DNA from: Eledone cirrhosa
Lineage: Eukaryota
DNA: 64,000 nt
Reading direction: 5' to 3'
Assembly (NCBI GenBank): GCA_964016885.1
Contig: OZ024757.1
Location: 15,438,001-15,502,000, forward strand
Every line of letters begins with the position of its first letter. Positions within the stretch are counted from its first letter, which is position 1. The notes beneath the pieces are model-generated. The model searched no databases. It was not told the origin of the DNA and saw only the letters and a program-made list of their open reading frames with translations. Positions 15,001-28,759 of the stretch are shown one piece after another. The position numbers and the translations under genes are program-made.

Positions 15001-18000
15001 GGTCTCGTGGACTGCTGGGAGGAAGGGAAGAAGCTATCCCTGGTTACAGGGTCTCATGGACTGCTGGGAGGAAGGGAAGAAGCTATCCTTGGTTACAGGG
15101 TCTCATGGACTGTTGGGAGGAAGGGAAGAAGCTATCCTTGGTTACAGGGTCTCGTGGACTGCTGGGAGGAAGGGAAGAAGCTATCCCTGGTTACAGGGTC
15201 TCGTGGACTGCTGGGAGGAAGGGAAGAAGCTTGGTTACAGGGTCTCGTGGACTGCTGGGAGGAAGGGAAGAAGCTATCCCTGGTTACAGGGTCTCGTGGA
15301 CTGCTGGGAGGAAGGGAAGAAGCTATCCCTGGTTACAGGGTCTCATGGACGGCTGGGAGGAAGGGAAGAAGCTATCCCTGGTTACAGGGTCTCATGGACT
15401 GCTGGGTGGAAGGGAAGAAGCTATCCTTGGTTACAGGGTCTCATGGACTGCTGGGAGGAAGGGGAGAAGCTATCCTTGGTTACAGGGTCTCGTGGACTGC
15501 TGGGAGGAAGGGGAGAAGCTATCCTTGGTTACAGGGTCTCGTGGACTGTTGGGAGGAAGGGAAGAAGCTATCCTTGGTTACAGGGTCTCGTGGACTGCTG
15601 GGAGGAAGGGGAGAAGCTAACCTTGGTTACAGGGTCTCGTGGACTGTTGGGAGGAAGGGAAGAAGCTATCCTTGGTTACAGGGTCTCGTGGACTGCTGGG
15701 AGGAAGGGAAGAAGCTATCCTTGGTTACAGGGTCTCATGGACTGCTGGGAGGAAGGGGAAAAGCTATCCTTGCTTACAGGGTCTCGTGGACTGCTGGGAG
15801 GAAGGGAAGAAGCTATCCTTGGTTACAGGGTCTCAGGGACTGCTGGGAGGAAGGGAAGAAGCTATCCTTGGTTACAGGGTCTCAGGGACTGCTGGGAGGA
15901 AGGGAAGAAGCTATCCCTGGTTACAGGGTCTCAGGGACTGCTGGGAGGAAGGGAAGAAGCTATCCCTGGTTACAGGGTCTCAGGGACTGCTGGGAGGAAG
16001 GGAAGAAGCTATCCCTGGTTACAGGGTCTCGTGGACTGCTGGGAGGAAGGGAAGAAGCTATCCCTGGTTACAGGGTCTCGTGGACTGCTGGGAGGAAGGG
16101 AAGAAGCTATCCCTGGTTACAGGGTCTCGTGGACTGCTGGGAGGAAGGGAAGAAGCTATCCCTGGTTACAGGGTCTCGTGGACTGCTGGGAGGAAGGGAA
16201 GAAGCTATCCCTGGTTACAGGGTCTCGTGGACTGCTGGGAGGAAGGGAAGAAGCTATCCCTGGTTACAGGGTCTCGTGGACTGCTGGGAGGAAGGGAAGA
16301 AGCTATCCCTGGTTACAGGGTCTCGTGGACTGCTGGGAGGAAGGGAAGAAGCTATCCCTGGTTACAGGGTCTCGTGGACTGCTGGGAGGAAGGGAAGAAG
16401 CTTGGTTACAGGGTCTCGTGGACTGCTGGGAGGAAGGGAAGAAGCTATCCCTGGTTACAGGGTCTCATGGACTGTTGGGAGGAAGGGAAGAAGCTATCCT
16501 TGGTTACAGGGTCTCGTGGACTGCTGGGAGGAAGGGGAGAAGCTATCCTTGGTTACAGGGTCTCGTGGACTGTTGGGAGGAAGGGAAGAAGCTATCCTTG
16601 GTTACAGGGTCTCGTGGACTGCTGGGAGGAAGGGAAGAAGCTATCCCTGGTTACAGGGTCTCGTGGACTGCTGGGAGGAAGGGAAGAAGCTATCCCTGGT
16701 TACAGGGTCTCATGGACTGCTGGGAGGAAGGGAAGAAGCTATCCCTGGTTACAGGGTCTCATGGACTGCTGGGAGGAAGGGGAGAAGCTATCCTTGGTTA
16801 CAGGGTCTCGTGGACTGCTGGGAGGAAGGGAAGAAGCTTGGTTACAGTGTCTCGTGGACTGCTGGGAGGAAGGGAAGAAGCTATCCCTGGTTACAGGGTC
16901 TCGTGGACTGCTGGGAGGAAGGGAAGAAGCTATCCATGGTTACAGGGTCTCGTGGACTGCTGGGAGGAAGGGAAGAAGCTATCCCTGGTTACAGGGTCTC
17001 ATGGACTGCTGGGTGGAAGGGAAGAAGCTATCCTTGGTTACAGGGTCTCGTGGACTGTTGGGAGGAAGGGAAGAAGCTATCCCTGGTTACAGGGTCTCGT
17101 GGACTGCTGGGAGGAAGGGAAGAAGCTTGGTTACAGGGTCTCGTGGACTGCTGGGAGGAAGGGAAGAAGCTATCCCTGGTTACAGGGTCTCGTGGACTGC
17201 TGGGAGGAAGGGAAGAAGCTATCCCTGGTTACAGGGTCTCGTGGACTGCTGGGAGGAAGGGAAGAAGCTATCCTTGGTTACAGGGTCTCGTGGACTGCTG
17301 GGAGGAAGGGAAGAAGCTATCCTTGGTTACAGGGTCTCGTGGACTGCTGGGAGGAAGGGAAGAAGCTATCCTTGGTTACAGGGTCTCGTGGACTGCTGGG
17401 AGGAAGGGAAGAAGCTATCCTTGGTTACAGGGTCTCGTGGACTGCTGGGAGGAAGGGAAGAAGCTATCCCTGGTTACAGGGTCTCGTGGACTGCTGGGAG
17501 GAAGGGAAGAAGCTATCCCTGGTTACAGGGTCTCGTGGACTGCTGGGAGGAAGGGAAGAAGCTATCCCTGGTTACAGGGTCTCGTGGACTGCTGGGTGGA
17601 AGGGAAGAAGCTATCCTTGGTTACAGGGTCTCGTGGACTGCTGGGAGGAAGGGAAGAAGCTATCCTTGGTTACAGGGTCTCGTGGACTGCTGGGAGGAAG
17701 GGAAGAAGCTATCCCTGGTTACAGGGTCTCATGGACTGCTGGGAGGAAGGGAAGAAGCTATCCCTGGTTACAGGGTCTCGTGGACTGCTGGGAGGAAGGG
17801 AAGAAGCTATCCCTGGTTACAGGGTCTCGTGGACTGCTGGGAGGAAGGGAAGAAGCTATCCCTGGTTACAGGGTCTCGTGGACTGCTGGGAGGAAGGGAA
17901 GAAGCTATCCCTGGTTACAGGGTCTCGTGGACTGCTGGGAGGAAGGGAAGAAGCTATCCCTGGTTACAGGGTCTCGTGGACTGCTGGGAGGAAGGGAAGA

Positions 18001-21000
18001 AGCTATCCCTGGTTACAGGGTCTCGTGGACTGCTGGGAGGAAGGGAAGAAGCTATCCCTGGTTACAGGGTCTCGTGGACTGCTGGGTGGAAGGGAAGAAG
18101 CTATCCTTGGTTACAGGGTCTCGTGGACTGCTGGGAGGAAGGGAAGAAGCTATCCTTGGTTACAGGGTCTCGTGGACTGCTGGGAGGAAGGGAAGAAGCT
18201 ATCCCTGGTTACAGGGTCTCGTGGACTGCTGGGAGGAAGGGAAGAAGCCATCCTTGGTTACAGGGTCTCGTGGACTGCTGGGAGGAAGGGAAGAAGCTAT
18301 CCCTGGTTACAGGGTCTCGTGGACTGCTGGGAGGAAGGGAAGAAGCTATCCTTGGTTACAGGGTCTCGTGGACTGCTGGGAGGAAGGGAAGAAGCTATCC
18401 CTGGTTACAGGGTCTCATGGACTGCTGGGAGGAAGGGAAGAAGCTATCCCTGGTTACAGGGTCTCGTGGACTGCTGGGAGGAAGGGAAGAAGCTATCCTT
18501 GGTTACAGGGTCTCGTGGACTGCTGGGAGGAAGGGAAGAAGCTATCCTTGGTTACAGGGTCTCGTGGACTGCTGGGAGGAAGGGAAGAAGCTATCCCTGG
18601 TTACAGGGTCTCATGGACTGCTGGGAGGAAGGGAAGAAGCTATCCCTGGTTACAGGGTCTCGTGGACTGCTGGGAGGAAGGGAAGAAGCTATCCCTGGTT
18701 ACAGGGTCTCGTGGACTGCTGGGAGGAAGGGAAGAAGCTATCCCTGGTTACAGGGTCTCGTGGACTGCTGGGAGGAAGGGAAGAAGCTATCCCTGGTTAC
18801 AGGGTCTCATGGACTGCTGGGAGGAAGGGAAGAAGCTATCCTTGGTTACAGGGTCTCATGGACTGTTGGGAGGAAGGGAAGAAGCTATCCTTGGTTACAG
18901 GGTCTCGTGGACTGCTGGGAGGAAGGGAAGAAGCTATCCCTGGTTACAGGGTCTCGTGGACTGCTGGGAGGAAGGGAAGAAGCTTGGTTACAGGGTCTCG
19001 TGGACTGCTGGGAGGAAGGGAAGAAGCTATCCCTGGTTACAGGGTCTCGTGGACTGCTGGGAGGAAGGGAAGAAGCTATCCCTGGTTACAGGGTCTCATG
19101 GACGGCTGGGAGGAAGGGAAGAAGCTATCCCTGGTTACAGGGTCTCATGGACTGCTGGGTGGAAGGGAAGAAGCTATCCTTGGTTACAGGGTCTCATGGA
19201 CTGCTGGGAGGAAGGGGAGAAGCTATCCTTGGTTACAGGGTCTCGTGGACTGCTGGGAGGAAGGGGAGAAGCTATCCTTGGTTACAGGGTCTCGTGGACT
19301 GTTGGGAGGAAGGGAAGAAGCTATCCTTGGTTACAGGGTCTCGTGGACTGCTGGGAGGAAGGGGAGAAGCTAACCTTGGTTACAGGGTCTCGTGGACTGT
19401 TGGGAGGAAGGGAAGAAGCTATCCTTGGTTACAGGGTCTCGTGGACTGCTGGGAGGAAGGGAAGAAGCTATCCTTGGTTACAGGGTCTCATGGACTGCTG
19501 GGAGGAAGGGGAAAAGCTATCCTTGCTTACAGGGTCTCGTGGACTGCTGGGAGGAAGGGAAGAAGCTATCCTTGGTTACAGGGTCTCAGGGACTGCTGGG
19601 AGGAAGGGAAGAAGCTATCCTTGGTTACAGGGTCTCAGGGACTGCTGGGAGGAAGGGAAGAAGCTATCCCTGGTTACAGGGTCTCAGGGACTGCTGGGAG
19701 GAAGGGAAGAAGCTATCCTTGGTTACAGGGTCTCAGGGACTGCTGGGAGGAAGGGAAGAAGCTATCCCTGGTTACAGGGTCTCGTGGACTGCTGGGAGGA
19801 AGGGAAGAAGCTATCCCTGGTTACAGGGTCTCGTGGACTGCTGGGAGGAAGGGAAGAAGCTATCCCTGGTTACAGGGTCTCGTGGACTGCTGGGAGGAAG
19901 GGAAGAAGCTATCCCTGGTTACAGGGTCTCGTGGACTGCTGGGAGGAAGGGAAGAAGCTATCCCTGGTTACAGGGTCTCGTGGACTGCTGGGAGGAAGGG
20001 AAGAAGCTATCCCTGGTTACAGGGTCTCGTGGACTGCTGGGAGGAAGGGAAGAAGCTATCCCTGGTTACAGGGTCTCGTGGACTGCTGGGAGGAAGGGAA
20101 GAAGCTATCCCTGGTTACAGGGTCTCGTGGACTGCTGGGAGGAAGGGAAGAAGCTATCCCTGGTTACAGGGTCTCGTGGACTGCTGGGAGGAAGGGAAGA
20201 AGCTTGGTTACAGGGTCTCGTGGACTGCTGGGAGGAAGGGAAGAAGCTATCCCTGGTTACAGGGTCTCATGGACTGTTGGGAGGAAGGGAAGAAGCTATC
20301 CTTGGTTACAGGGTCTCGTGGACTGCTGGGAGGAAGGGGAGAAGCTATCCTTGGTTACAGGGTCTCGTGGACTGTTGGGAGGAAGGGAAGAAGCTATCCT
20401 TGGTTACAGGGTCTCGTGGACTGCTGGGAGGAAGGGAAGAAGCTATCCCTGGTTACAGGGTCTCGTGGACTGCTGGGAGGAAGGGAAGAAGCTATCCCTG
20501 GTTACAGGGTCTCATGGACTGCTGGGAGGAAGGGAAGAAGCTATCCCTGGTTACAGGGTCTCATGGACTGCTGGGAGGAAGGGGAGAAGCTATCCTTGGT
20601 TACAGGGTCTCGTGGACTGTTGGGAGGAAGGGAAGAAGCTATCCTTGGTTACAGGGTCTCGTGGACTGCTGGGAGGAAGGGAAGAAGCTATCCCTGGTTA
20701 CAGGGTCTCATGGACTGCTGGGAGGAAGGGGAGAAGCTATCCTTGGTTACAGGGTCTCGTGGACTGTTGGGAGGAAGGGAAGAAGCTATCCTTGGTTACA
20801 GGGTCTCATGGACTGCTGGGTGGAAGGGAAGAAGCTTGGTTACAGGGTCTCGTGGACTGCTGGGAGGAAGGGAAGAAGCTATCCTTGGTTACAGGGTCTC
20901 ATGGACTGCTGGGTGGAAGGGAAGAAGCTATCCTTGGTTACAGGGTCTCATGGACTGCTGGGAGGAAGGGGAGAAGCTATCCTTGGTTACAGGGTCTTGT

Positions 21001-24000
21001 GGACTGTTGGGAGGAAGGGAAGAAGCTATCCTTGGTTACAGGGTCTCATGGACTGCTGGGAGGAAGGGAAGAAGCTATCCTTGGTTACAGGGTCTCAGGG
21101 ACTGTTGGGAGGAAGGGAAGAAGCTATCCTTGGTTACAGGGTCTCATGGACTGCTGGGAGGAAGGGAAGAAGCTATCCTTGGTTACAGGGTCTCAGGGAC
21201 TGCTGGGAGGAAGGGAAGAAGCTATCCTTGGTTACAGGGTCTCATGGACTGCTGGGAGGAAGGGAAGAAGCTTGGTTACAGGGTCTCATGGACTGCTGGG
21301 AGGAAGGGAAGAAGCTATCCTTGGTTACAGGGTCTCATGGACTGCTGGGAGGAAGGGAAGAAGCTATTCTTGGTTACAGGGTCTCATGGACTGCTGGGAG
21401 GAAGGGAAGAAGCTATCCTTGGTTACAGGGTCTCGTGGACTGCTGGGAGGAAGGGAAGAAGCTATCCTTGGTTACAGGGTCTCATGGACTGCTGGGAGGA
21501 AGGGAAGAAGCTTGGTTACAGGGTCTCATGGACTGCTGGGTGGAAGGGAAGAAGCTTGGTTACAGGGTCTCGTGGACTGCTGGGAGGAAGGGAAGAAGCT
21601 ATCCTTGGTTACAGGGTCTCATGGACTGCTGGGAGGAAGGGAAGAAGCTATCCTTGGTTACAGGGTCTCATGGACTGCTGGGAGGAAGGGAAGAAGCTTG
21701 GTTACAGGGTCTCATGGACTGCTGGGTGGAAGGGAAGAAGCTTGGTTACAGGGTCTCATGGACTGCTGGGTGGAAGGGAAGAAGCTTGGTTACAGGGTCT
21801 CATGGACTGCTGGGTGGAAGGGAAGAAGCTATCCTTGGTTACAGGGTCTCATGGACTGCTGGGAGGAAGGGAAGAAGCTATCCTTGGTTACAGGGTCTCA
21901 TGGACTGCTGGGAGGAAGGGAAGAAGCTATCCTTGGTTACAGGGTCTCGTGGACTGCTGGGAGGAAGGGAAGAAGCTATCCTTGGTTACAGGGTCTCATG
22001 GACTGCTGGGAGGAAGGGAAGAAGCTATCCTTGGTTACAGGGTCTCGTGGACTGCTGGGAGGAAGGGAAGAAGCTATCCTTGGTTACAGGGTCTCATGGA
22101 CTGTTGGGTGGAAGGGAAGAAGCTATCCTTGGTTACAGGGTCTCGTGGACTGCTGCGAGGAAAGGAAGAAGCTTGGTTACAGGGTCTCATGGACTGCTGG
22201 GTGGAAGGGAAGAAGCTTGGTTACAGGGTCTCATGGACTGCTGGGAGGAAGGGAAGAAGCTATCCTTGGTTACAGGGTCTCATGGACTGTTGGGTGGAAG
22301 GGAAGAAGCTATCCATGGTTACAGGGTCTCGTGGACTGCTGGGAGGAAGGGAAGAAGCTTGGTTACAGGGTCTCATGGACTGCTGGGAGGAAGGGAAGAA
22401 GCTATCCTTGGTTACAGGGTCTCATGGACTGCTGGGAGGAAGGGAAGAAGCTATCCTTGGTTACAGGGTCTCGTGGACTGCTGGGAGGAAGGGAAGAAGC
22501 TATCCTTGGTTACAGGGTCTCGTGGACTGCTGGGAGGAAGGGAAGAAGCTATCCTTGGTTACAGGGTCTCATGAACTGCTGGGAGGAAGGGAAGAAGCTA
22601 TCCTTGGTTACAGGGTCTCAGGGACTGCTGGGAGGAAGGGAAGAAGCTATCCTTGGTTACAGGGTCTCGTGGACTGCTGGGAGGAAGGGGAGAAGCTATC
22701 CCTGGTTACAGGGTCTCGTGGACTGCTGGGAGGAAGGGAAGAAGCTATCCTTGGTTACAGGGTCTCGTGGACTGCTGGGAGGAAGGGGAGAAGCTATCCC
22801 TGGTTACAGGGTCTCATGGACTGCTGGGAGGAAGGGAAGAAGCTATCCTTGGTTACAGGGTCTCAGGGACTGTTGGGAGGAAGGGAAGAAGCTATCCCTG
22901 GTTACAGGGTCTCGTGGACTGCTGGGTGGAAGGGAAGAAGCTATCCTTGGTTACAGGGTCTCAGGGACTGTTGGGAGGAAGGGAAGAAGCTATCCTTGGT
23001 TACAGGGTCTCATGGACTGCTGGGTGGAAGGGAAGAAGCTATCCCTGGTTACAGGGTCTCAGGGACTGTTGGGAGGAAGGGAAGAAGCTATCCCTGGTTA
23101 CAGGGTCTTGTGGACTGCTGGGAGGAAGGGAAGAAGCTATCCTTGGTTACAGGGTCTCGTGGACTGCTGGGAGGAAGGGAAGAAGCTATCCCTGGTTACA
23201 GGGTCTCAGGGACTGCTGGGAGGAAGGGAAGAAGCTATCCTTGGTTACAGGGTCTCGTGGACTGCTGGGAGGAAGGGAAGAAGCTATCCTTGGTTACAGG
23301 GTCTCGTGGACTGCTGGGAGGAAGGGAAGAAGCTATCCTTGGTTACAGGGTCTCGTGGACTGCTGGGAGGAAGGGAAGAAGCTATCCCTGGTTACAGGGT
23401 CTCGTGGACTGCTGGGAGGAAGGGAAGAAGCTATCCTTGGTTACAGGGTCTCGTGGACTGCTGGGAGGAAGGGAAGAAGCTATCCCTGGTTACAGGGTCT
23501 CAGGGACTGCTGGGAGGAAGGGAAGAAGCTATCCTAGGTTACAGGGTCTCGTGGACTGCTGGGTGGAAGGGAAGAAGCTATCCTTGGTTACAGGGCCTCG
23601 TGGACTGCTGGGAGGAAGGGAAGAAGCTATCCTTGGTTACAGGGTCTCATGGACTGCTGGGAGGAAGGGAAGAAGCTATCCTTGGTTACAGGGTCTCATG
23701 GACTGCTGGGAGGAAGGGAAGAAGCTATCCTTGGTTACAGGGTCTCGTGGACTGTTGGGAGGAAGGGAAGAAGCTATCCCTGGTTACAGGGTCTCGTGGA
23801 CTGCTGGGAGGAAGGGAAGAAGCTATCCTTGGTTACAGGGTCTCGTGGACTGCTGGGAGGAAGGGAAGAAGCTATCCCTGGTTACAGGGTCTCGTGGACT
23901 GCTGGGAGGAAGGGAAGAAGCTATCCCTGGTTACAGGGTCTCGTGGACTGCTGGGAGGAAGGGAAGAAGCTATCCTTGGTTACAGGGTCTCGTGGACTGC

Positions 24001-27000
24001 TGGGAGGAAGGGAAGAAGCTATCCCTGGTTACAGGGTCTCGTGGACTGCTGGGAGGAAGGGAAGAAGCTATCCTTGGTTACAGGGTCTCGTGGACTGCTG
24101 GGAGGAAGGGAAGAAGCTATCCCTGGTTACAGGGTCTCGTGGACTGCTGGGAGGAAGGGAAGAAGCTATCCTTGGTTACAGGGTCTCGTGGACTGCTGGG
24201 AGGAAGGGAAGAAGCTATCCTTGGTTACAGGGTCTCGTGGACTGCTGGGAGGAAGGGAAGAAGCTATCCTTGGTTACAGGGTCTCGTGGACTGCTGGGAG
24301 GAAGGGAAGAAGCTATCCTTGGTTACAGGGTCTCGTGGACTGCTGGGAGGAAGGGAAGAAGCTATCCCTGGTTACAGGGTCTCGTGGACTGCTGGGAGGA
24401 AGGGAAGAAGCTATCCTTGGTTACAGGGTCTCGTGGACTGCTGGGAGGAAGGGAAGAAGCTATCCCTGGTTACAGGGTCTCAGGGACTGCTGGGAGGAAG
24501 GGAAGAAGCTATCCTTGGTTACAGGGTCTCGTGGACTGCTGGGTGGAAGGGAAGAAGCTATCCTTGGTTACAGGGTCTCGTGGACTGCTGGGAGGAAGGG
24601 AAGAAGCTATCCTTGGTTACAGGGTCTCATGGACTGCTGGGAGGAAGGGAAGAAGCTATCCTTGGTTACAGGGTCTCATGGACTGCTGGGAGGAAGGGAA
24701 GAAGCTATCCTTGGTTACAGGGTCTCGTGGACTGTTGGGAGGAAGGGAAGAAGCTATCCCTGGTTACAGGGTCTCGTGGACTGCTGGGAGGAAGGGAAGA
24801 AGCTATCCTTGGTTACAGGGTCTCGTGGACTGCTGGGAGGAAGGGAAGAAGCTATCCCTGGTTACAGGGTCTCGTGGACTGCTGGGAGGAAGGGAAGAAG
24901 CTATCCCTGGTTACAGGGTCTCGTGGACTGCTGGGAGGAAGGGAAGAAGCTATCCTTGGTTACAGGGTCTCGTGGACTGCTGGGAGGAAGGGAAGAAGCT
25001 ATCCCTGGTTACAGGGTCTCGTGGACTGCTGGGAGGAAGGGAAGAAGCTATCCTTGGTTACAGGGTCTCGTGGACTGCTGGGAGGAAGGGAAGAAGCTAT
25101 CCCTGGTTACAGGGTCTCGTGGACTGCTGGGAGGAAGGGAAGAAGCTATCCTTGGTTACAGGGTCTTGTGGACTGCTGGGAGGAAGGGAAGAAGCTATCC
25201 CTGGTTACAGGGTCTCAGGGACTGCTGGGAGGAAGGGAAGAAGCTATCCTTGGTTACAGGGTCTCGTGGACTGCTGGGTGGAAGGGAAGAAGCTATCCTT
25301 GGTTACAGGGTCTCGTGGACTGCTGGGAGGAAGGGAAGAAGCTATCCTTGGTTACAGGGTCTCATGGACTGCTGGGAGGAAGGGAAGAAGCTATCCTTGG
25401 TTACAGGGTCTCATGGACTGCTGGGAGGAAGGGAAGAAGCTATCCTTGGTTACAGGGTCTCGTGGACTGTTGGGAGGAAGGGAAGAAGCTATCCCTGGTT
25501 ACAGGGTCTCGTGGACTGCTGGGAGGAAGGGAAGAAGCTATCCTTGGTTACAGGGTCTCGTGGACTGCTGGGAGGAAGGGATGAAGCTATCCCTGGTTAC
25601 AGGGTCTCGTGGACTGCTGGGAGGAAGGGAAGAAGCTATCCCTGGTTACAGGGTCTCGTGGACTGCTGGGAGGAAGGGAAGAAGCTATCCTTGGTTACAG
25701 GGTCTCGTGGACTGTTGGGAGGAAGGGGAGAAGCTATCCTTGGTTACAGGGTCTCATGGACTGCTGGGAGGAAGGGAAGAAGCTTGGTTACAGGGTCTCA
25801 TGGACTGCTGGGAGGAAGGGAAGAAGCTATCCTTGGTTACAGGGTCTCGTGGACTGCTGGGAGGAAGGGAAGAAGCTATCCTTGGTTACAGGGTCTCGTG
25901 GACTGTTGGGAGGAAGGGAAGAAGCTATCCTTGGTTACAGGGTCTCGTGGACTGTTGGGAGGAAGGGAAGAAGCTTGGTTACAGGGTCTCATGGACTGCT
26001 GGGTGGAAGGGAAGAAGCTTGGTTACAGGGTCTCGTGGACTGCTGGGAGGAAGGGAAGAAGCTATCCTTGGTTACAGGCTCTCGTGGACTGCTGGGAGGA
26101 AGGGAAGAAGCTATCCCTGGTTACAGGGTCTCGTGGACTGCTGGGAGGAAGGGAAGAAGCTATCCTTGGTTACAGGGTCTCGTGGACTGCTGGGTGGAAG
26201 GGAAGAAGCTATCCTTGGTTACAGGGTCTCATGGACTGCTGGGAGGAAGGGAAGAAGCTATCCTTGGTTACAGGGTCTCGTGGACTGCTGGGAGGAAGGG
26301 AAGAAGCTATCCCTGGTTAAAGGGTCTCATGGACTGCTGGGAGGAAGGGAAGAAGCTATCCCTGGTTACAGGGTCTCGTGGACTGCTGGGAGGAAGGGAA
26401 GAAGCTATCCCTGGTTACAGGGTCTCATGGACTGCTGGGTGGAAGGGAAGAAGCTATCCTTGGTTACAGGGTCTCATGGACTGCTGGGAGGAAGGGAAGA
26501 AGCTATCCTTGGTTACAGGGTCTCGTGGACTGCTGGGAGGAAGGGAAGAAGCTATCCCTGGTTAAAGGGTCTCATGGACTGCTGGGAGGAAGGGAAGAAG
26601 CTATCCCTGGTTACAGGGTCTCGTGGACTGCTGGGAGGAAGGGAAGAAGCTATCCCTGGTTACAGGGTCTCGTGGACTGCTGGGAGGAAGGGAAGAAGCT
26701 ATCCCTGGTTAAAGGGTCTCATGGACTGCTGGGTGGAAGGGAAGAAGCTATCCTTGGTTACAGGGTCTCATGGACTGCTGGGAGGAAGGGAAGAAGCTAT
26801 CCCTGGTTAAAGGGTCTCATGGACTGCTGGGAGGAAGGGAAGAAGCTATCCCTGGTTACAGGGTCTCGTGGACTGCTGGGAGGAAGGGAAGAAGCTATCC
26901 CTGGTTACAGGGTCTCGTGGACTGCTGGGAGGAAGGGAAGAAGCTATCCTTGGTTACAGGGTCTCATGGACTGCTGGGTGGAAGGGAAGAAGCTATCCTT

Positions 27001-27226
27001 GGTTACAGGGTCTCATGGACTGCTGGGTGGAAGGGAAGAAGCTTGGTTACAGGGTCTCGTGGACTGTTGGGAGGAAGGGAAGAAGCTTGGTTACAGGGTC
27101 TCGTGGACTGTTGGGAGGAAGGGAAGAAGCCTGGTTACAGGGTCTCATGGACTGTTGGGAGGAAGGGAAGAAGCCTGGTTACAGCGCCTCAAGGATTGCT
27201 GGGAGGAGGGGAAGAAGCTATCCCTG
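1..27226. repeat. Intronic minisatellite, 49-bp unit with a 44-bp variant, roughly 560 units, open at the left edge
   Basis: Unit GGTTACAGGGTCTC(G/A)TGGACTGCTGGG(A/T)GGAAGGGAAGAAGCT[ATCC(C/T)]T; last unit degenerate at about 27177-27226. Confidence 0.99.
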
Positions 27227-28117
27227 AGCTGGAAACCTGGCCCAAATGCTTGCAAGAGAGTAGACTCAGCTATATGAGGGTTGTCTGAAATGTCCAAAGG
27301 CTGACGCTAAGGCTGTGAAATCTTGCATGCATTAATTTTAAATTTTCTTATTAATAACTACATTGTTTCTTACCAGGGACTATGTTAAAAAATAAACCTC
27401 ATTTGGTCATTTTAACGTCTGTTTTCCCTGCCAGCAAGGGATGGAAATTAAAGGGTTAACAGTAAACTGTAGAAAGAAATAAGTCCCTTTCTCCACCCAC
27501 AACAAGCCAAAGAAACAGAATACAATAGAATAATTTTTAAAAATAACATATATTATAAATGAGTAAACCAGTAAATATAGAATGCAACACTATGATGTGT
27601 AAATATTAGAAAGTTGTGTTATAAAATCTAAGATATGTGGCACACATCTTTATTATTATGTATAAATAAATATAGGATGCATTGTTATAAAATCTCTATA
27701 TTTTTGTAACGTGTATTTACTACAATGTGTAAACATATTTATGCTGTGTAATAAAATCTAAGTTGGATGCAACACATTTTCACTATAATGTGTAAATACA
27801 GGATGCTGTGTTATAAAATTTATGAATGATATTACAAATACTTACTAGGATGTACATATATACCTGATGTTGTCTGATATCAATGTCATACAATACTGTT
27901 TTATAAAATCTAAGATTTTTGTAACATATCAACATAATCAACATAAACTATAGGGTTTCCTTTATGCAAACCATATATTTATCAGAAGACAAGTTTCCCA
28001 CTTTGTATGATTGCTCATATATCCAGTAATCCTGGTATATATGGCATATCAATTCTGGACTCCAAAAATTAAATACATTCAATACTATTGCCCTCATTGA
28101 TGGCACTGGTTCAGTAT

Positions 28118-28164
28118 TGTGTATATATATATATATATATAATATATGTACATATGTATATGTA

Positions 28165-28228
<64 letters not shown>

Positions 28229-28261
28229 GTACATATGTATATATATATATATATATACATA

Positions 28262-28328
<67 letters not shown>

Positions 28329-28337
28329 GTACATAGG

Positions 28338-28370
<33 letters not shown>

Positions 28371-28375
28371 GTATA
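28118..28375. repeat. (TA)n compound microsatellite
   Basis: Long TA tracts; similar tracts recur throughout, e.g. the TA/TG tract at 38430-38820. Confidence 0.95.
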
Positions 28376-28759
28376 AAATGTGCATGCATGATGTAGATGA
28401 CTGTGTATATAGTTATCTATATAACTGGGAGTGTATATAATGTTATAATGAGCATGCATCGTAATGTGTATATAGTTTGTATATAATGCGTATATAAGAC
28501 ATATATACTTGTATGAAGTTGGTTGCATATATAATTATGAATGTATATAGAAAGCATGCAAAATCTATGACCGTGTGTAGTTGTGTATATGGATTCATAT
28601 ATGTTATGAGTGCATATGGGCCACACTATGCACCCAGTACACTCTGTAAAGTGGTTGATATTAGAAAGAACATCCAACCATAGAAACCATATCAATCAAA
28701 ATATTGAGAACAATTTTCAGTTGTGTCAAGGACATGACAACCTCTCTAGTGCTGGTACT

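Noticed and set aside
1-27226. CRISPR-like array
   Set aside because: Head-to-tail units with no unique spacers, no cas genes, eukaryotic intron context.
2-27288. Giant + strand ORFs (up to 6708 aa) in all three frames
   Set aside because: The 49/44-bp unit has no stop triplet and is not a multiple of 3, so all frames cycle through the same peptides. They are antisense to the host gene and show no frame-specific constraint.
27948-28528. YI/IY-rich ORFs here and near 38.4, 41.6 and 55.6 kb
   Set aside because: TA/TG microsatellite translations.
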